Source of the DNA: Coraliomargarita sp.
GTDB taxonomy: Bacteria > Verrucomicrobiota > Verrucomicrobiia > Opitutales > Coraliomargaritaceae
Assembly (NCBI GenBank): GCA_965216325.1
Contig: OZ244160.1
Span: forward strand, 896,001 to 960,000
Direction of reading: 5' to 3'
Length of the DNA: 64,000 nt
The notes under the pieces were generated by a model that was not told the origin of the DNA, did no database searches, and worked only from the letters and a program-made list of their open reading frames with translations. Below, piece by piece: positions 44,376 through 54,871 of the stretch; the first letter of the stretch is position 1, and every line of letters begins with the position of its first letter. A program made the position numbers and the translations under genes.

Positions 44376-45409
44376 GGCAGGCGGCGATAGCGTGTGTTAC
44401 TGAGCAACTGTTCTAGGGCAATCAATAGCAGTCCAAGGTAGGTTGGCCAAATAAAGTATTCAGTGAAGCTGGCGTAACTGCGCAGTTCAACTGCAGTGGT
44501 TTCGAGCTCGTTGATATGTTCGTAGATTTTTTCCAGATCACCGTCTTGCTCTGCTGTGAAGAATTGTCCCCCGGTCATCTCGGCTATTTGCCTGAGTTCT
44601 TCTTCATTGTAGTTGGACCTCATGGTGTCTCCACGATAGAGCGGATTGCCATCACGATCTCGGCGGACCAGCCCTTCGCGTGTGGTTACTGGAACTGGCA
44701 CGCGTCCTTTGCGACCGGTGGCGATGGTGTATACTTTCACTCCATAAGCTTTGGCGGCTTCGGCAGCTCCAATTGGTGTAATGCTTCCTGCGTTATTTTC
44801 GCCATCTGTGAGTAGGACGACAATACGACTGAGTGCTTCGTGATTTCGTAATCGATTGATGCTGGCTCCGAGTGCAGTGCCGATGGCAGTCCCGCCCATT
44901 TCGATGTCACCGAGTTCCAGACGCTGGACATTCTTTTTGAGCCAATCGTGATTTAACGTCAGAGGGCTAACGACGAAGGCCTCGGATGCAAATGCGACTA
45001 ATCCAATTCGATCGTAAGGACGCTCGTCGATGAAATTCTGCACCACATGTTTGGCTGCATCTAAGCGGGTGACCATGTTTTCACGGGTGGCTAGATCGAG
45101 TGCGACCATTGACCCTGATAAATCAAGGGTGAGCACAATATCGATGCCTTCAGCTTCAGTGCTATCGCTGGTCTTACCCATTTGTGGACGAGCCAGCGCG
45201 ATAATTAGGGCTGCCAGCCCCAGTAGTCGCAGCCCGAGAAGAACTTTGCCCGGAAGACTGCGACGTGAGCGACTGAGGCTCTTGACAAACTGTGTGCTTG
45301 AGAAGCGGACTGCTGCTTCCGGTCCCGTGCGACCTGTCCACCATGCGATTACAGGTAGTAATAGTAGTAGCCAGAAGAAAATTGGATCCTGAAATTGAAA
45401 GAAGGTCAT
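44372..45409 (-). CDS. batA: BatA-like VWA domain protein
   Basis: [37 protein letters not shown]. Confidence 0.9.
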   Translation of the reverse strand: MTFFQFQDPIFFWLLLLLPVIAWWTGRTGPEAAVRFSSTQFVKSLSRSRRSLPGKVLLGLRLLGLAALIIALARPQMGKTSDSTEAEGIDIVLTLDLSGSMVALDLATRENMVTRLDAAKHVVQNFIDERPYDRIGLVAFASEAFVVSPLTLNHDWLKKNVQRLELGDIEMGGTAIGTALGASINRLRNHEALSRIVVLLTDGENNAGSITPIGAAEAAKAYGVKVYTIATGRKGRVPVPVTTREGLVRRDRDGNPLYRGDTMRSNYNEEELRQIAEMTGGQFFTAEQDGDLEKIYEHINELETTAVELRSYASFTEYFIWPTYLGLLLIALEQLLSNTRYRRLP

Positions 45410-45960
45410 TTTGTCTGTGCCTCCTTTTCTGCTTGGTGGACGGTTTCGATAAACTGAAGTGCAGTATCTGAAAGCTTGATACGCTGTTTTGGAGAAAGAC
45501 TGGCCTGGGCGAATTTAATGGTGTCGCACTGTTGAAAGAATGCCGTCAGTTCTCTTTCAGAGATTGGAAAGTTTGGTGGCAAGTGCGCTAGGGTTTCTTG
45601 GCTGGTTTGTGCGAGAATTGAGCGCTTTAGTTTACTATCGAAATAGTGGCGCACAGCTTGGCTGAGTGTTTGTATATATTCACGGTCATCGCCTCCGGCC
45701 TGTTCAATCGTAAGGCGTGCGATCTGCTCGGGCGAGTGACTGGCGGGGCATTTTGCACGTGAGCGGAGATAACGAACGAGCCAGCTGGCCAGGATTCCAA
45801 AGAGGATTGCTGCGAGCAGCCCCATGCAGATGAGTTGCCAGGTTTCAAACAGTGGAATTTCGACCGGGCCTCGCACAGAATCCAGCGAAGGGCCTGCCGG
45901 CAGTTCGGGGAGTTGGCCGGCTTGAGCAGGATCTGATGCACTGGGATTGAGTAGGGGCAT
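45406..45960 (-). CDS. bat-operon membrane-anchored protein (DUF4381-like)
   Basis: single TM, AQTSQE and CDTIKFA motifs, position between DUF58 and batA. Confidence 0.75.
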   Translation of the reverse strand: MPLLNPSASDPAQAGQLPELPAGPSLDSVRGPVEIPLFETWQLICMGLLAAILFGILASWLVRYLRSRAKCPASHSPEQIARLTIEQAGGDDREYIQTLSQAVRHYFDSKLKRSILAQTSQETLAHLPPNFPISERELTAFFQQCDTIKFAQASLSPKQRIKLSDTALQFIETVHQAEKEAQTK

Positions 45961-45970
45961 TGTGTGATAC

Positions 45971-46084
45971 TTGAACGTCGAACATTGAACATCGAACGTT
46001 CAATTTTGAACGTGTTGTGATCGTAATTTTATTTCGTGTTGGAATTCGGCATTCGGTGTTGGGCGTTCAGTGTTCGACATTCGC
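45971..46084. repeat. inverted heptamer micro-repeat element
   Basis: TTGAACG-TCGAACA-TTGAACA-TCGAACG-TTCAATT-TTGAACG facing TGTTGGG-CGTTCAG-TGTTCGA-type units. Confidence 0.7.
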
Positions 46085-46099
46085 GCGACGTGCTTCGCG

Positions 46100-46981
46100 T
46101 TAGTGGCGCGAAGCACGTCGTGCGAAGAGTTGTCGAAGTGCGGGCATATACGGGGCGTCGGTGCTGGCGGCTACCCAGTCCAAACCTTTCTGACGCATGC
46201 CCTGATGGAAGTTTTCGCGACGTTTACGAGCATCAGATCTGTAGCGTTGGCGAACGGATGCGCTGCCGCTGTCGATTTCGATCATTTCACCTGTTTCAGC
46301 ATCTTCGAGTGTAATGAGGCCAACGTTTGGAAGTTCGTTTTCTCGTGGGTCGCTTAAGGCGATACTGATTAAGTCATGGCGTTGGTTGACCAGTGCGAGT
46401 GAGTTGAATAAATCATTGCCCACATCAATGAAGTCAGAGATCAGAAAGATGACGGCTTTTCGGCGTTGGACGCGATTTAGGTAATCGAGTGCAGCCTTAT
46501 GCTGAGTGCCGCGTCCCTTCGGGCTGAAGAAAAGAATGTCTCGGATCACTCGGAGAATGTGGCGGCGGCCTTTCTTGGGGGGGATGTAGTGTTCGACTTC
46601 ATCGGTATACAGGAGTAGGCCGACCTTGTCGTTGTTCTGCGTGGCTGAAAAGGCTAACACGCTGGCGATCTCGGCGGCGCGCTCGCGTTTACTCTGGTCG
46701 ACCGAACCAAAGATGCCTGATGCACTGAGGTCGATGAGAAGCATTAGAGTTAGTTCGCGCTCTTCTCGGAAGACTTTGACGAACGGACGATCCATCTTGG
46801 CGCTGACGTTCCAGTCGATCGTGCGCACATCATCACCGATCGCGTATTCACGCACCTCTTCGAAGTCCATGCCACGGCCCTTGAAGGAACTGTGGTAGGC
46901 GCCGGTCACTGAGTCCGTCACCAAATGGCGGGTGCGGATCTCAAGACGGCGAACTTTCTTGATGATGTCGGAAGTATTCAC
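46100..46981 (-). CDS. DUF58 domain protein (MoxR partner)
   Basis: G.G.DFEEVREY..GDDVR.IDW, EERE, D.SAS, ISDF; GTG start at 46981 preferred. Confidence 0.92.
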   Translation of the reverse strand: MNTSDIIKKVRRLEIRTRHLVTDSVTGAYHSSFKGRGMDFEEVREYAIGDDVRTIDWNVSAKMDRPFVKVFREERELTLMLLIDLSASGIFGSVDQSKRERAAEIASVLAFSATQNNDKVGLLLYTDEVEHYIPPKKGRRHILRVIRDILFFSPKGRGTQHKAALDYLNRVQRRKAVIFLISDFIDVGNDLFNSLALVNQRHDLISIALSDPRENELPNVGLITLEDAETGEMIEIDSGSASVRQRYRSDARKRRENFHQGMRQKGLDWVAASTDAPYMPALRQLFARRASRH

Positions 46982-46993
46982 GTGTGGATACGT

Positions 46994-47054
46994 CTTAATC
47001 GTAATCAGATCACTCACGAGAGAGTATGATTAAGATTAGGAGTAAGATTAAGAG
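46994..47054. repeat. inverted hexamer micro-repeat element (second copy)
   Basis: CTTAAT-CGTAAT facing GAGTAT-GATTAA-GATTAG-GAGTAA-GATTAA. Confidence 0.68.
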
Positions 47055-47060
47055 TTATTC

Positions 47061-48056
47061 CTAGGGGACTGGAACGGCTTCGAAGATGGATGTGACGAGG
47101 TCTTCGCTACTGATTTCTTCGGCCTCGGCCTCGTAACTTGGAATGACACGATGACGTAGCACATCCATTCCGATTTCTTTGATGTCTTGCGGGATGACAT
47201 AGTTGCGGCCCTGCATGAGCGCCCATGCCTTGGCAGCAAGTGTCAAACTAATCGTCGCTCTCGGGCTGGCACCGAATTGAATGTATTGGCCGAGCTTGAG
47301 TTGGAATTGCTCAGGTTCGCGAGTCGCTTGGATGATGTTTACCACATAGTCGCGGATCTTCTCATCAACATAGACGTCATTGACATGCTTACGTGCTTCT
47401 TTGACTGCCTCGAGAGTGGTGACAGCATTGACTTCCAGATTCGGCGCAGTGGACGCCATGCGGTCGAGGATTTCGCGCTCGTCGGCTTTGCTAGGATAGC
47501 CGACTTTAAGTTTCAGCATGAAACGGTCGACCTGTGCTTCCGGCAGTGGGTAGGTGCCTTCTTGGTCGATGGGATTCTCTGTCGCGAGCACGAGGAATGG
47601 CTCGGGGAGGTTGTATGTTTCGTCGCCGAGCGTCACTTGGCGCTCCTGCATGGCTTCGAGTAGGGCGCTTTGCACTTTCGCTGGTGCACGGTTGATTTCG
47701 TCAGCCAGCACTAGATTCGAGAAAATGGGCCCTTTGCGAGTATGGAAGGTGCTGTCCTTGGGACTGTAGATCAGCGTGCCAATAATGTCGGCAGGCAAGA
47801 GGTCCGGGGTAAACTGAATACGTTTGAAATCGGCGTCAGTCGCACTGGCTAGAGTGCGGATACTGAGTGTTTTAGCGAGTCCGGGAACACCTTCGAGCAA
47901 AACGTGGCCGTTCGCGAGCAAGCCGACAAGCAAGCGGTCGACCAAGTAGTGTTGGCCGACAATGACACGGCCGATCTCTTCTCTTAGCTGCGGGATCCAT
48001 GCGGTTGCAGCCTTGAGGGCTTCGTCAGTTTCTGGAGAGGTTAAATCAATATTCAT
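47061..48056 (-). CDS. moxR: MoxR-family AAA+ ATPase
   Basis: GVPGLAKT, RIQFTPDLLPAD, DEINRAPAKVQSALLEAMQE, LPEAQVDRF, GASPRA. Confidence 0.96.
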   Translation of the reverse strand: MNIDLTSPETDEALKAATAWIPQLREEIGRVIVGQHYLVDRLLVGLLANGHVLLEGVPGLAKTLSIRTLASATDADFKRIQFTPDLLPADIIGTLIYSPKDSTFHTRKGPIFSNLVLADEINRAPAKVQSALLEAMQERQVTLGDETYNLPEPFLVLATENPIDQEGTYPLPEAQVDRFMLKLKVGYPSKADEREILDRMASTAPNLEVNAVTTLEAVKEARKHVNDVYVDEKIRDYVVNIIQATREPEQFQLKLGQYIQFGASPRATISLTLAAKAWALMQGRNYVIPQDIKEIGMDVLRHRVIPSYEAEAEEISSEDLVTSIFEAVPVP

Positions 48057-48178
48057 AAACTTGGTAGAGATATGGCAAAAACAGCCTTTGATTCGAGGTC
48101 AACGACAAGATGTCGCGCAATTGGTTTCGCGAAAAGCGAAGGTTGCGTTTTTTTTATAGATGCGCCTAATTGTCTCAC

Positions 48179-49555
48179 ATGCCGGCAACCATATTGATCG
48201 TTGATGATGAGAAGAATACTCGCGAGGGCTTGGAGCTCGCGTTGGAAGAGGAGTATGAGATTTTTTTGGCCTCCAGCGCGGATGAAGCCTTCAATTTGAT
48301 GGAGATGGAGAGCTTTGACGTGGTGCTCACGGACCTGCGTATGGCGGGCAAGTCAGGGCTGAGTGTCATTGATCGTGTGATCTCGCTGCCGAATCGCCCG
48401 ATATGCATCATGATGACGGCCTATGGCAATGTAGAGACTGCAGTTGAGGCGATGCGTCGAGGGGCTTTTGATTTTTTGACCAAACCGGTGAATCTCGAGA
48501 AGCTGGAGATCTTGATCAAGCGGGCGCTCAAGTCGCGCACGATTGAGAAGGAAAACGTCGTGCTACACGAGCGGCTGGACAAAAAGTATAGTTTCGACGG
48601 AATTGTGGGGAATTCGCCGGGTCTGGTTGATGTGCTGGACAAGGTGAAGCTAGTGGCGCCTTCGCGGGCTACGGTCCTGTTGGAAGGTGAAACTGGAACG
48701 GGAAAGGAGCTCATCGCACAGGCGATTCACCAAAACAGTGAGCGTGCGCGGAAGGCCTTTGTTCCGGTGCACTGCGCCGCATTAGCGTCTAATTTATTGG
48801 AGAGTGAGCTTTTTGGGCATGAAAAGGGGGCCTTTACGGGGGCGACTGAACGTCGTGTGGGTCGTTTCGAGGCTGCCGACGGTGGAACATTGTTTCTCGA
48901 TGAAATTGGCGAGATTGATGCCTCCACGCAGGTGAAGTTGTTGCGTTTTTTGGAATCCAGAACCTTCGAGCGCTTGGGGAGTTCCAAGTCGATTACAGTT
49001 GATGTGCGCTTAGTGTGCGCAACGAACCGCAACCTCGCGGAGATGGTGAAGCGCGGTGAATTTCGGGAAGACTTATTGTATCGCTTGAATGTGGTTACGA
49101 TATATCTGCCAGCGCTTCGGGAGCGGCAAGACGATCTGTTGATGTTGCTGGATCATTATATTCAACGCTTTGCGCACGAGAACCGTGTCGAACCTGTGCG
49201 ATTGACGGAGGGAGCTCTCAAGGTGCTACGTGCCTATGCGTGGCCTGGAAATATTCGTGAATTGCGAAATTTTTGTGAGAATATTGTTATTCTGAAGCGG
49301 GGCAGTGAGGTGACTGAATATGATCTGGACCCGAAGTATCAGAATCATGTGGCGGAAAGTCCGGCGTTGAGTGTTCCCGTGCCTTTAAATGCTGGTGCCA
49401 GCTTGAGTAAAGAGGAGAATGAGAAGCGACTACTGCGTAATGCCTTGATCAAGTCGAACGGCAATCGGACTAAAGCTGCCGAGCTCATGGGGATTAGCCG
49501 TCGCACGCTACATCGTAAACTTCTGCAATGGCCTGAGCTCGATGTTGAAAAGTAA
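48179..49555 (+). CDS. sigma-54-dependent response regulator (NtrC/AtoC family)
   Basis: REC (VDDE, TDLRM, KP), GETGTGKE, GAFTGA, WPGNIREL, Fis-type HTH. Confidence 0.96.
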   Translation: MPATILIVDDEKNTREGLELALEEEYEIFLASSADEAFNLMEMESFDVVLTDLRMAGKSGLSVIDRVISLPNRPICIMMTAYGNVETAVEAMRRGAFDFLTKPVNLEKLEILIKRALKSRTIEKENVVLHERLDKKYSFDGIVGNSPGLVDVLDKVKLVAPSRATVLLEGETGTGKELIAQAIHQNSERARKAFVPVHCAALASNLLESELFGHEKGAFTGATERRVGRFEAADGGTLFLDEIGEIDASTQVKLLRFLESRTFERLGSSKSITVDVRLVCATNRNLAEMVKRGEFREDLLYRLNVVTIYLPALRERQDDLLMLLDHYIQRFAHENRVEPVRLTEGALKVLRAYAWPGNIRELRNFCENIVILKRGSEVTEYDLDPKYQNHVAESPALSVPVPLNAGASLSKEENEKRLLRNALIKSNGNRTKAAELMGISRRTLHRKLLQWPELDVEK

Positions 49556-49652
49556 GCCTGTGGACATGCTGCTTAACAAGCAGCTTAGAGTTTGACTCAG
49601 CATACAGATACTCAGAAAGTTACTACAAACAACAATACAGTTAGATTCCTTT

Positions 49653-50516
49653 ATGCGCCTCCGATTTTCGCCCGTTTTTGCCTCGCTAGTTGCATTGTCT
49701 CTTCAAGCTGAGGAAATCCGCATCGCTGCTTCTGATTTACTCGCCGACTATGTCGCACCAGTGATTGAGGCATATAGTGAAGAGTATGAAGTCGATGCCT
49801 CTGTTGAGAGTATTGGCACTTTGCCGTCACTAGAGCGTCTACGTAGCAATGAGGTCGAATTGGCGATTATTGCGGTTCCCGTTGGCCAGGATGCACCTCG
49901 TGATGAGTTTCGAGTTTATCCCTTTGCTTATGATGCTGCCATTATCGTAGTGAACGAGAATAATCCGATTACCGAAATCAGTCTACCCTATCTAGGTGGC
50001 GTTTATGGGAGTAGCGAAGAGTTTAACTTCAACAACTGGGGGGATTTGGGAATCTCTGGTTGGGGCGGGCGCAATATTAAACCGATGGCAGCACCACTGG
50101 AGGATAGTATTTCTATCGAACTGTTCCGCTCATCGGTGTTGAGCCAAGGGGGCTTGAAGCCATCTCTGGTCACGATTAAAGACGATGAAGTTGAAGGCTT
50201 GATTGACAATGATTCGTCTGCGATTGCGATTCTCTCTCGTCTTCCTGAGAATGAGGATCTTCGCACTCTACTGATTTCGGAGGGGCAAAATACACCTGCG
50301 TATAGTCCGACTCCGGACAATATCCATTTCGGTGACTATCCGATTCGCTTGCCGTTCTATGTGGTCTATCATGCCCGTGACGAAGCTGAGGTTGGGCCTA
50401 TTCTGCGTGTGCTGCTCGATGATGGAGTTGCGGAGAGTTTGAATGAAAATCATTTCTTTGCCCTGCCGCAGACGGTGCGCCGCAAGTTGATTCTGGATTT
50501 GGATCTTGAGAAATAA
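49653..50516 (+). CDS. PstS-like periplasmic substrate-binding domain protein
   Basis: signal peptide; DAAIIVVN..NP..EIS, NWGDLG, GDYPI..P.Y motifs. Confidence 0.75.
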   Translation: MRLRFSPVFASLVALSLQAEEIRIAASDLLADYVAPVIEAYSEEYEVDASVESIGTLPSLERLRSNEVELAIIAVPVGQDAPRDEFRVYPFAYDAAIIVVNENNPITEISLPYLGGVYGSSEEFNFNNWGDLGISGWGGRNIKPMAAPLEDSISIELFRSSVLSQGGLKPSLVTIKDDEVEGLIDNDSSAIAILSRLPENEDLRTLLISEGQNTPAYSPTPDNIHFGDYPIRLPFYVVYHARDEAEVGPILRVLLDDGVAESLNENHFFALPQTVRRKLILDLDLEK

Positions 50517-50543
50517 TGCGGGTAGATTTTTAATAAAAACACG

Positions 50544-50571
50544 TTGACATAGCTGATCGGATTTAGATTCT
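50544..50571 (+). promoter_or_regulatory. probable sigma-70 promoter of the tRNA-Gly operon
   Basis: perfect TTGACA at 50544 after an A/T-rich tract; -10 ambiguous (TAGATT or GATTCT). Confidence 0.5.
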
Positions 50572-50590
50572 CTCCGCTTCTTTCAACAAC

Positions 50591-50666
<76 letters not shown>

Positions 50667-50697
50667 TTTTACGTTCTTTATAAAGTTTACGCTTTAA

Positions 50698-50773
<76 letters not shown>

Positions 50774-50803
50774 TTTTATTTAGCAGTACATCGACTGCTT
50801 TAA

Positions 50804-50879
<76 letters not shown>

Positions 50880-50887
50880 TTTTTTTG

Positions 50888-50918
50888 ATCCTCAGGTGTT
50901 TTGCCTGAGGATTTTTTT
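50888..50918 (+). terminator. terminator of the tRNA operon
   Basis: ATCCTCAGG/CCTGAGGAT stem + T run. Confidence 0.85.
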
Positions 50919-51276
50919 GGACCCAAATTGAATTGGTGTAAGCCCATCACTTTGAGGGGCTTTCTTTTTTCTAGCCGTTACGTGTTTTGCATGGGGGGCG
51001 TATTTGGGCAGATGCAGGTCTAAATTTTATGAAAATGCCAGATTCTGAGGTATTCAAAGTGCTGAACACTTCTAGAGGCTAGATCTGAGTATCGAGTTTA
51101 GATCGCAATGCTGACTACTGATTGCATTTGGGCAATTTCAGGAGTTTTCTGAGCCTCAGTTTACGGGGCGGTAGTGTCCAGAAAGTTTCGCACTTTCGAT
51201 TGAGGTAGCTAAGGAAGGTTTCGTTATTGTTGTAGGTTTGTGGTTTTCGGTGGTTTTGCTCTGGCGCAGGGAGGGC

Positions 51277-51401
51277 GGAGCCCGACCGGAGCCAGTGCAA
51301 AGGTTAAGCGGTTTGTTCGTCGGGCTCCATGCTTTGCTGATAAAGCTCCTTGAGGCGTTATCTGGACATGAACCGCCTCAAGGAGCTTGATCAGCAAAGC
51401 A
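51277..51401. repeat. tandem hairpins including a 28-bp near-perfect inverted repeat
   Basis: GGAGCCCGAC/GTCGGGCTCC (51277-51328) and 51330-51357 / 51374-51401 with one mismatch. Confidence 0.75.
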
Positions 51402-51418
51402 AGGAAGGCACACTGTTT

Positions 51419-52273
51419 TTATTCCTTGCCGGCATTGAGCTTACGGTTGTCGTTCAGAAATGCGTAGAATAGCCCAATAATAAGGCCACCGCCGACGTAA
51501 TTGCCGATGAAGGAGAATGCGAAGTTTTTTCCGGTATGGAGTAAGTTGACAGCATCGGTATCCAGCATGTAGCCCAGCACGAACAGTGCTGAATTCGCAA
51601 CGACGTGCTCAAAGCCCATGTAGGCGAAGACAGTGACACCGGCGAGGAGTGCAAAGATTTTGGCTAAGTAGTCGTCGCCGAGCTGCATCGCAATGATGAT
51701 GGAGATGTTAATGAAAAAGTTGGCGAAGATAGCTTTGACAAAAATAGTCCATGCACTGCTTCCTACGGTTTTTACCTCGACGGTATGTAGCAAATGCTGA
51801 CTCATTTCGGGGGAGACGATATCACTCGAGGCGACCAGTGCTGCAATTAAAGTGATGCCGAGTAGATTGCCAAATAAACAGAGTCCCAAAACCCGCATCG
51901 CCATTGAGGTGCGTATTCGCCGGTAGTAGGCGCCCACTGTGAAATACATGAAGTTGCTGGTTAGTAGCTCGGAGTTCGTGAAGTATATGAACACTAGAGC
52001 GATGCTAAAGGTTAAGGCGGTGATATATTTGGAGAGGCCAAAATTCATGGCATCCCCTAGGTCGGTCTTTACCTGGTAAGTGAAGACATACATGAGCATG
52101 ACAATCAGGCCTGCCATGGCTGCCCTTAAGACGTATCTCCATACATAGCGACGTTGCAGTTCCTCTTTGCGTGATATGGTTTCAAGAATGCGCTCCATGA
52201 CTTCGCGGCCATAGAAAATTCGTGTCCAAACAAGGTCGTCGTCTTTCGCTTTGTTACTGTCCTGATTTTGCAT
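51419..52273 (-). CDS. formate/nitrite transporter (FNT) family channel
   Basis: AAMAG, SELLTSN, GNLLG, KAIFAN, GFEHVVAN, GNYVGG. Confidence 0.92.
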   Translation of the reverse strand: MQNQDSNKAKDDDLVWTRIFYGREVMERILETISRKEELQRRYVWRYVLRAAMAGLIVMLMYVFTYQVKTDLGDAMNFGLSKYITALTFSIALVFIYFTNSELLTSNFMYFTVGAYYRRIRTSMAMRVLGLCLFGNLLGITLIAALVASSDIVSPEMSQHLLHTVEVKTVGSSAWTIFVKAIFANFFINISIIIAMQLGDDYLAKIFALLAGVTVFAYMGFEHVVANSALFVLGYMLDTDAVNLLHTGKNFAFSFIGNYVGGGLIIGLFYAFLNDNRKLNAGKE

Positions 52274-52506
52274 AGTGGTGCCTATAACTTCGGGTTTCCG
52301 GAGTGTCCATGATGCCTTTGTGGGCGAGGGATATCCAGAGTCAAGAGAGGATCAATTGACTGGCTGCCGAGGCGTATAAGTGAAACTATGGGATGACGAC
52401 CGCTACGTCGTAGTTGAGGAAGCTGTTTTCAGGACGGGCTAGCTTCTTTTCAGTATTTTTGGTTGTGCTCGGTCTCTTTACGAGTAACGAACTTCGACTC
52501 GGCTTC

Positions 52507-53028
52507 CTATTGCTTGGGCCTGAAGATGGTGACCTTGCTGGAGTCGACTTCTATAAAAGGACCCTCGATCAGATCAATGCAGTAGGGGATTGCAGGGAAT
52601 ACGGCTTCCAGGCACTCGCCAATGGCTTTTGGTTTGCCGGGTAAGTTGACGATGAGGCTCTTGCCGCGAATGCCCGCAGTTTGCCGTGAAAGGATTGCAG
52701 TCGGCACATACTTCAGCGAAGTGGCGCGCATCAATTCGCCAAATCCAGGGAGCATTTTTTGACAGACGGATTCAGTCGCTTCGGGCGTGACATCCCGCAT
52801 CGCGGGCCCGGTCCCGCCAGTGGTAAGGATGAGTGAGCAGCCCTCTTCGTCAGCGAACTGCTTTAGCTGTGCTTCGATCTGTGTCTGTTCGTCGGGAATG
52901 ACAGCATAGGCGGTTTCGAAGGGCGTGGTGATCCAGCTGGTGAGCAGGGCCACTGCGGCCTTGCCGGGGATGTCTTCGTAGATGCCAGCGCTGGCACGGT
53001 CTGAGATGTTGATAACTCCTAGTTTCAT
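52507..53028 (-). CDS. mog: molybdopterin adenylyltransferase
   Basis: SDRAS.G.YED, TTGGTG...RDVTPEA, ILSRQTAG, NLPGKP, IPYCIDLI. Confidence 0.95.
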   Translation of the reverse strand: MKLGVINISDRASAGIYEDIPGKAAVALLTSWITTPFETAYAVIPDEQTQIEAQLKQFADEEGCSLILTTGGTGPAMRDVTPEATESVCQKMLPGFGELMRATSLKYVPTAILSRQTAGIRGKSLIVNLPGKPKAIGECLEAVFPAIPYCIDLIEGPFIEVDSSKVTIFRPKQ

Positions 53029-53189
53029 TACCTATAATTGTTGTTCGAGTGGGCCCCTAGCGTTTCGACTTCTTTTTTCGCTTAGGGGATTGTGTGCGTT
53101 GTCCTTTTTTAGGCGCACTTGGTGCCTGATCCTGACTACTGACCTTCCAACGTTTGGCCTCTGTCTGAAATTGATTCAATTTCAGGTGA

Positions 53190-53615
53190 TTACATTTGTC
53201 CCAATCCATGACTGTCCTCTGGCTTTATCTGGTTTCTGTTATTCGCTATGATCGTCCGCAGGCGCATGCCGATCTGGTCCGCGATCTTAGCCATATCTTC
53301 GGCTTTCGATGCCGACAAGTGCTTGTGGCAGGTGCGCTTCCATAGGCCCAGCCATGCTTCGAAATGTGCTTCCTCCAGATTCAGCGCGAGATGTTTCCAT
53401 GCCATGCCGCCACGATACTGCGCAGGGCCACCTGTCAGGCCGGACCAGAAATCAGCTATCTTCTCAATGTGCGTGGGCCAATCGTCGATATGTGCCTTGA
53501 ATATTGGTCCAATTAAATCATGTTGACGCACATCCGCATAAAAGTGCCGCAGCAAGTCTATGAGTTTCGGTCGCCCTCCGATTTGATCGAAGAGGCTCTG
53601 TGTAAATCCATCCAT
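53190..53615 (-). CDS. group III truncated hemoglobin
   Basis: FYADVR..DLIGPIF, DW..H.EKIADFW, Y.G....KH..L, HF..WL.LW. Confidence 0.88.
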   Translation of the reverse strand: MDGFTQSLFDQIGGRPKLIDLLRHFYADVRQHDLIGPIFKAHIDDWPTHIEKIADFWSGLTGGPAQYRGGMAWKHLALNLEEAHFEAWLGLWKRTCHKHLSASKAEDMAKIADQIGMRLRTIIANNRNQIKPEDSHGLGQM

Positions 53616-53814
53616 ATGAGCCGTGAATGCAGCAGAGTCGGCAGACGAGCAAGCTCGTAAAGATGAGATAGACCACCTGCTTTAGCTAGGCTAAGTCTTT
53701 ATTCGATGGGTTGGAGGGGCTGGTGCGCGTATCCGACTCACTCTTCAGTCCGTCAATCAGTTGATGATCTTCAGATCTGGAGTAAGGTCTAGGCGCGCCC
53801 TTCGATCGGTGGGT

Positions 53815-54234
53815 ATGGATAAAACCTTCACTTACAATTCGCGGGTCTTCTTTGATGAACTGGATGCACTGGGCGTGCTTCATCATACTCGCTATCTGTT
53901 ACATTTGGAACGTGCCCAGCAGAAATTCTTTGAACATCTACTGGGAGTCGAAGGTTTCGATGCAGACCGAGATCAGGATATCTACGTTGTCGTGCACAGC
54001 TTGGAGTCACGTTTCCGTGAACCGGTGCGAAACCCTGGCCCGATTCAAGTTGAATATCGTATCGAGCGCATACGCAGTGCCGGGGTCACGATGGCGTTCT
54101 GTATTAGAGACACTGACACGAAGAAAGTTTACTGTGATGGCTTGCGCACAGTTTGTAAGTTGTCGGGCAAAACGCACCAGCCTGCGCCGTGGACGGAGCC
54201 TTTCCGCCAAGCTATGGATGCTTACCAGAGGTGA
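53815..54234 (+). CDS. 4HBT/YbgC-type acyl-CoA thioesterase
   Basis: RVFFDELDALGVLHHTRYL..LERA hot-dog motif. Confidence 0.85.
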   Translation: MDKTFTYNSRVFFDELDALGVLHHTRYLLHLERAQQKFFEHLLGVEGFDADRDQDIYVVVHSLESRFREPVRNPGPIQVEYRIERIRSAGVTMAFCIRDTDTKKVYCDGLRTVCKLSGKTHQPAPWTEPFRQAMDAYQR

Positions 54235-54271
54235 TGTCGTAAGTTGATGAGGACCCGAGCGATTACTTATT

Positions 54272-54838
54272 ATGTTTCGTTTGCTGCTGTTTATCTCTTG
54301 TATCCCTTTGATTGCGTGCGTCGCTGCTGACTCCATGAAACCGCTGTTCCAATTTACTGGCGAGTCACCGAATCCGCCATGGCTTGCAACCAATGATGGT
54401 GTTATGGGTGGCTTATCTCAGGGCGGAGCAAGACTGACCGAGGAGGGGATGCTCTTTGCGGGCGTGCTTTCTCTTAAGAATAATGGGGGCTTTTCATCTG
54501 TCTACGCGAGTGGCCCATGGAATCTGTCCGACTACGATGGAATCCGTTTTCGCGTGCTTGGGGATGGACGCACATACGAACTGCGGCTGAACTCCGATGC
54601 CATGTATCGCTCATGGAGCCCCGTCTCATTTCGCCAGAGTTTTGATACTGTTCAAGGTGAGTGGATTGAAGTGTTCGTTGCTTTTAGTGAACTGAAACAA
54701 AGTTGGCGTGGGCGTCAGTTGTCAGGATACACATTTAATTCTGCGATGATCAGTCGCATCGGTTTTATGCTGGCGGACAAACAGTCCGGGGACTTTGCGC
54801 TCAAGGTCAAGTGGCTGTCTGCGGCAACCGCTGAGTGA
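54272..54838 (+). CDS. CIA30-family protein
   Basis: NDGVMGGLS, G.LSL.NNGGFSSV, GDGRTY, DKQ.G.F.L; N-terminal signal peptide. Confidence 0.9.
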   Translation: MFRLLLFISCIPLIACVAADSMKPLFQFTGESPNPPWLATNDGVMGGLSQGGARLTEEGMLFAGVLSLKNNGGFSSVYASGPWNLSDYDGIRFRVLGDGRTYELRLNSDAMYRSWSPVSFRQSFDTVQGEWIEVFVAFSELKQSWRGRQLSGYTFNSAMISRIGFMLADKQSGDFALKVKWLSAATAE

Positions 54839-54871
54839 TTCTGCCACTGCGTGCTTAAGTGTTGGAGCATG

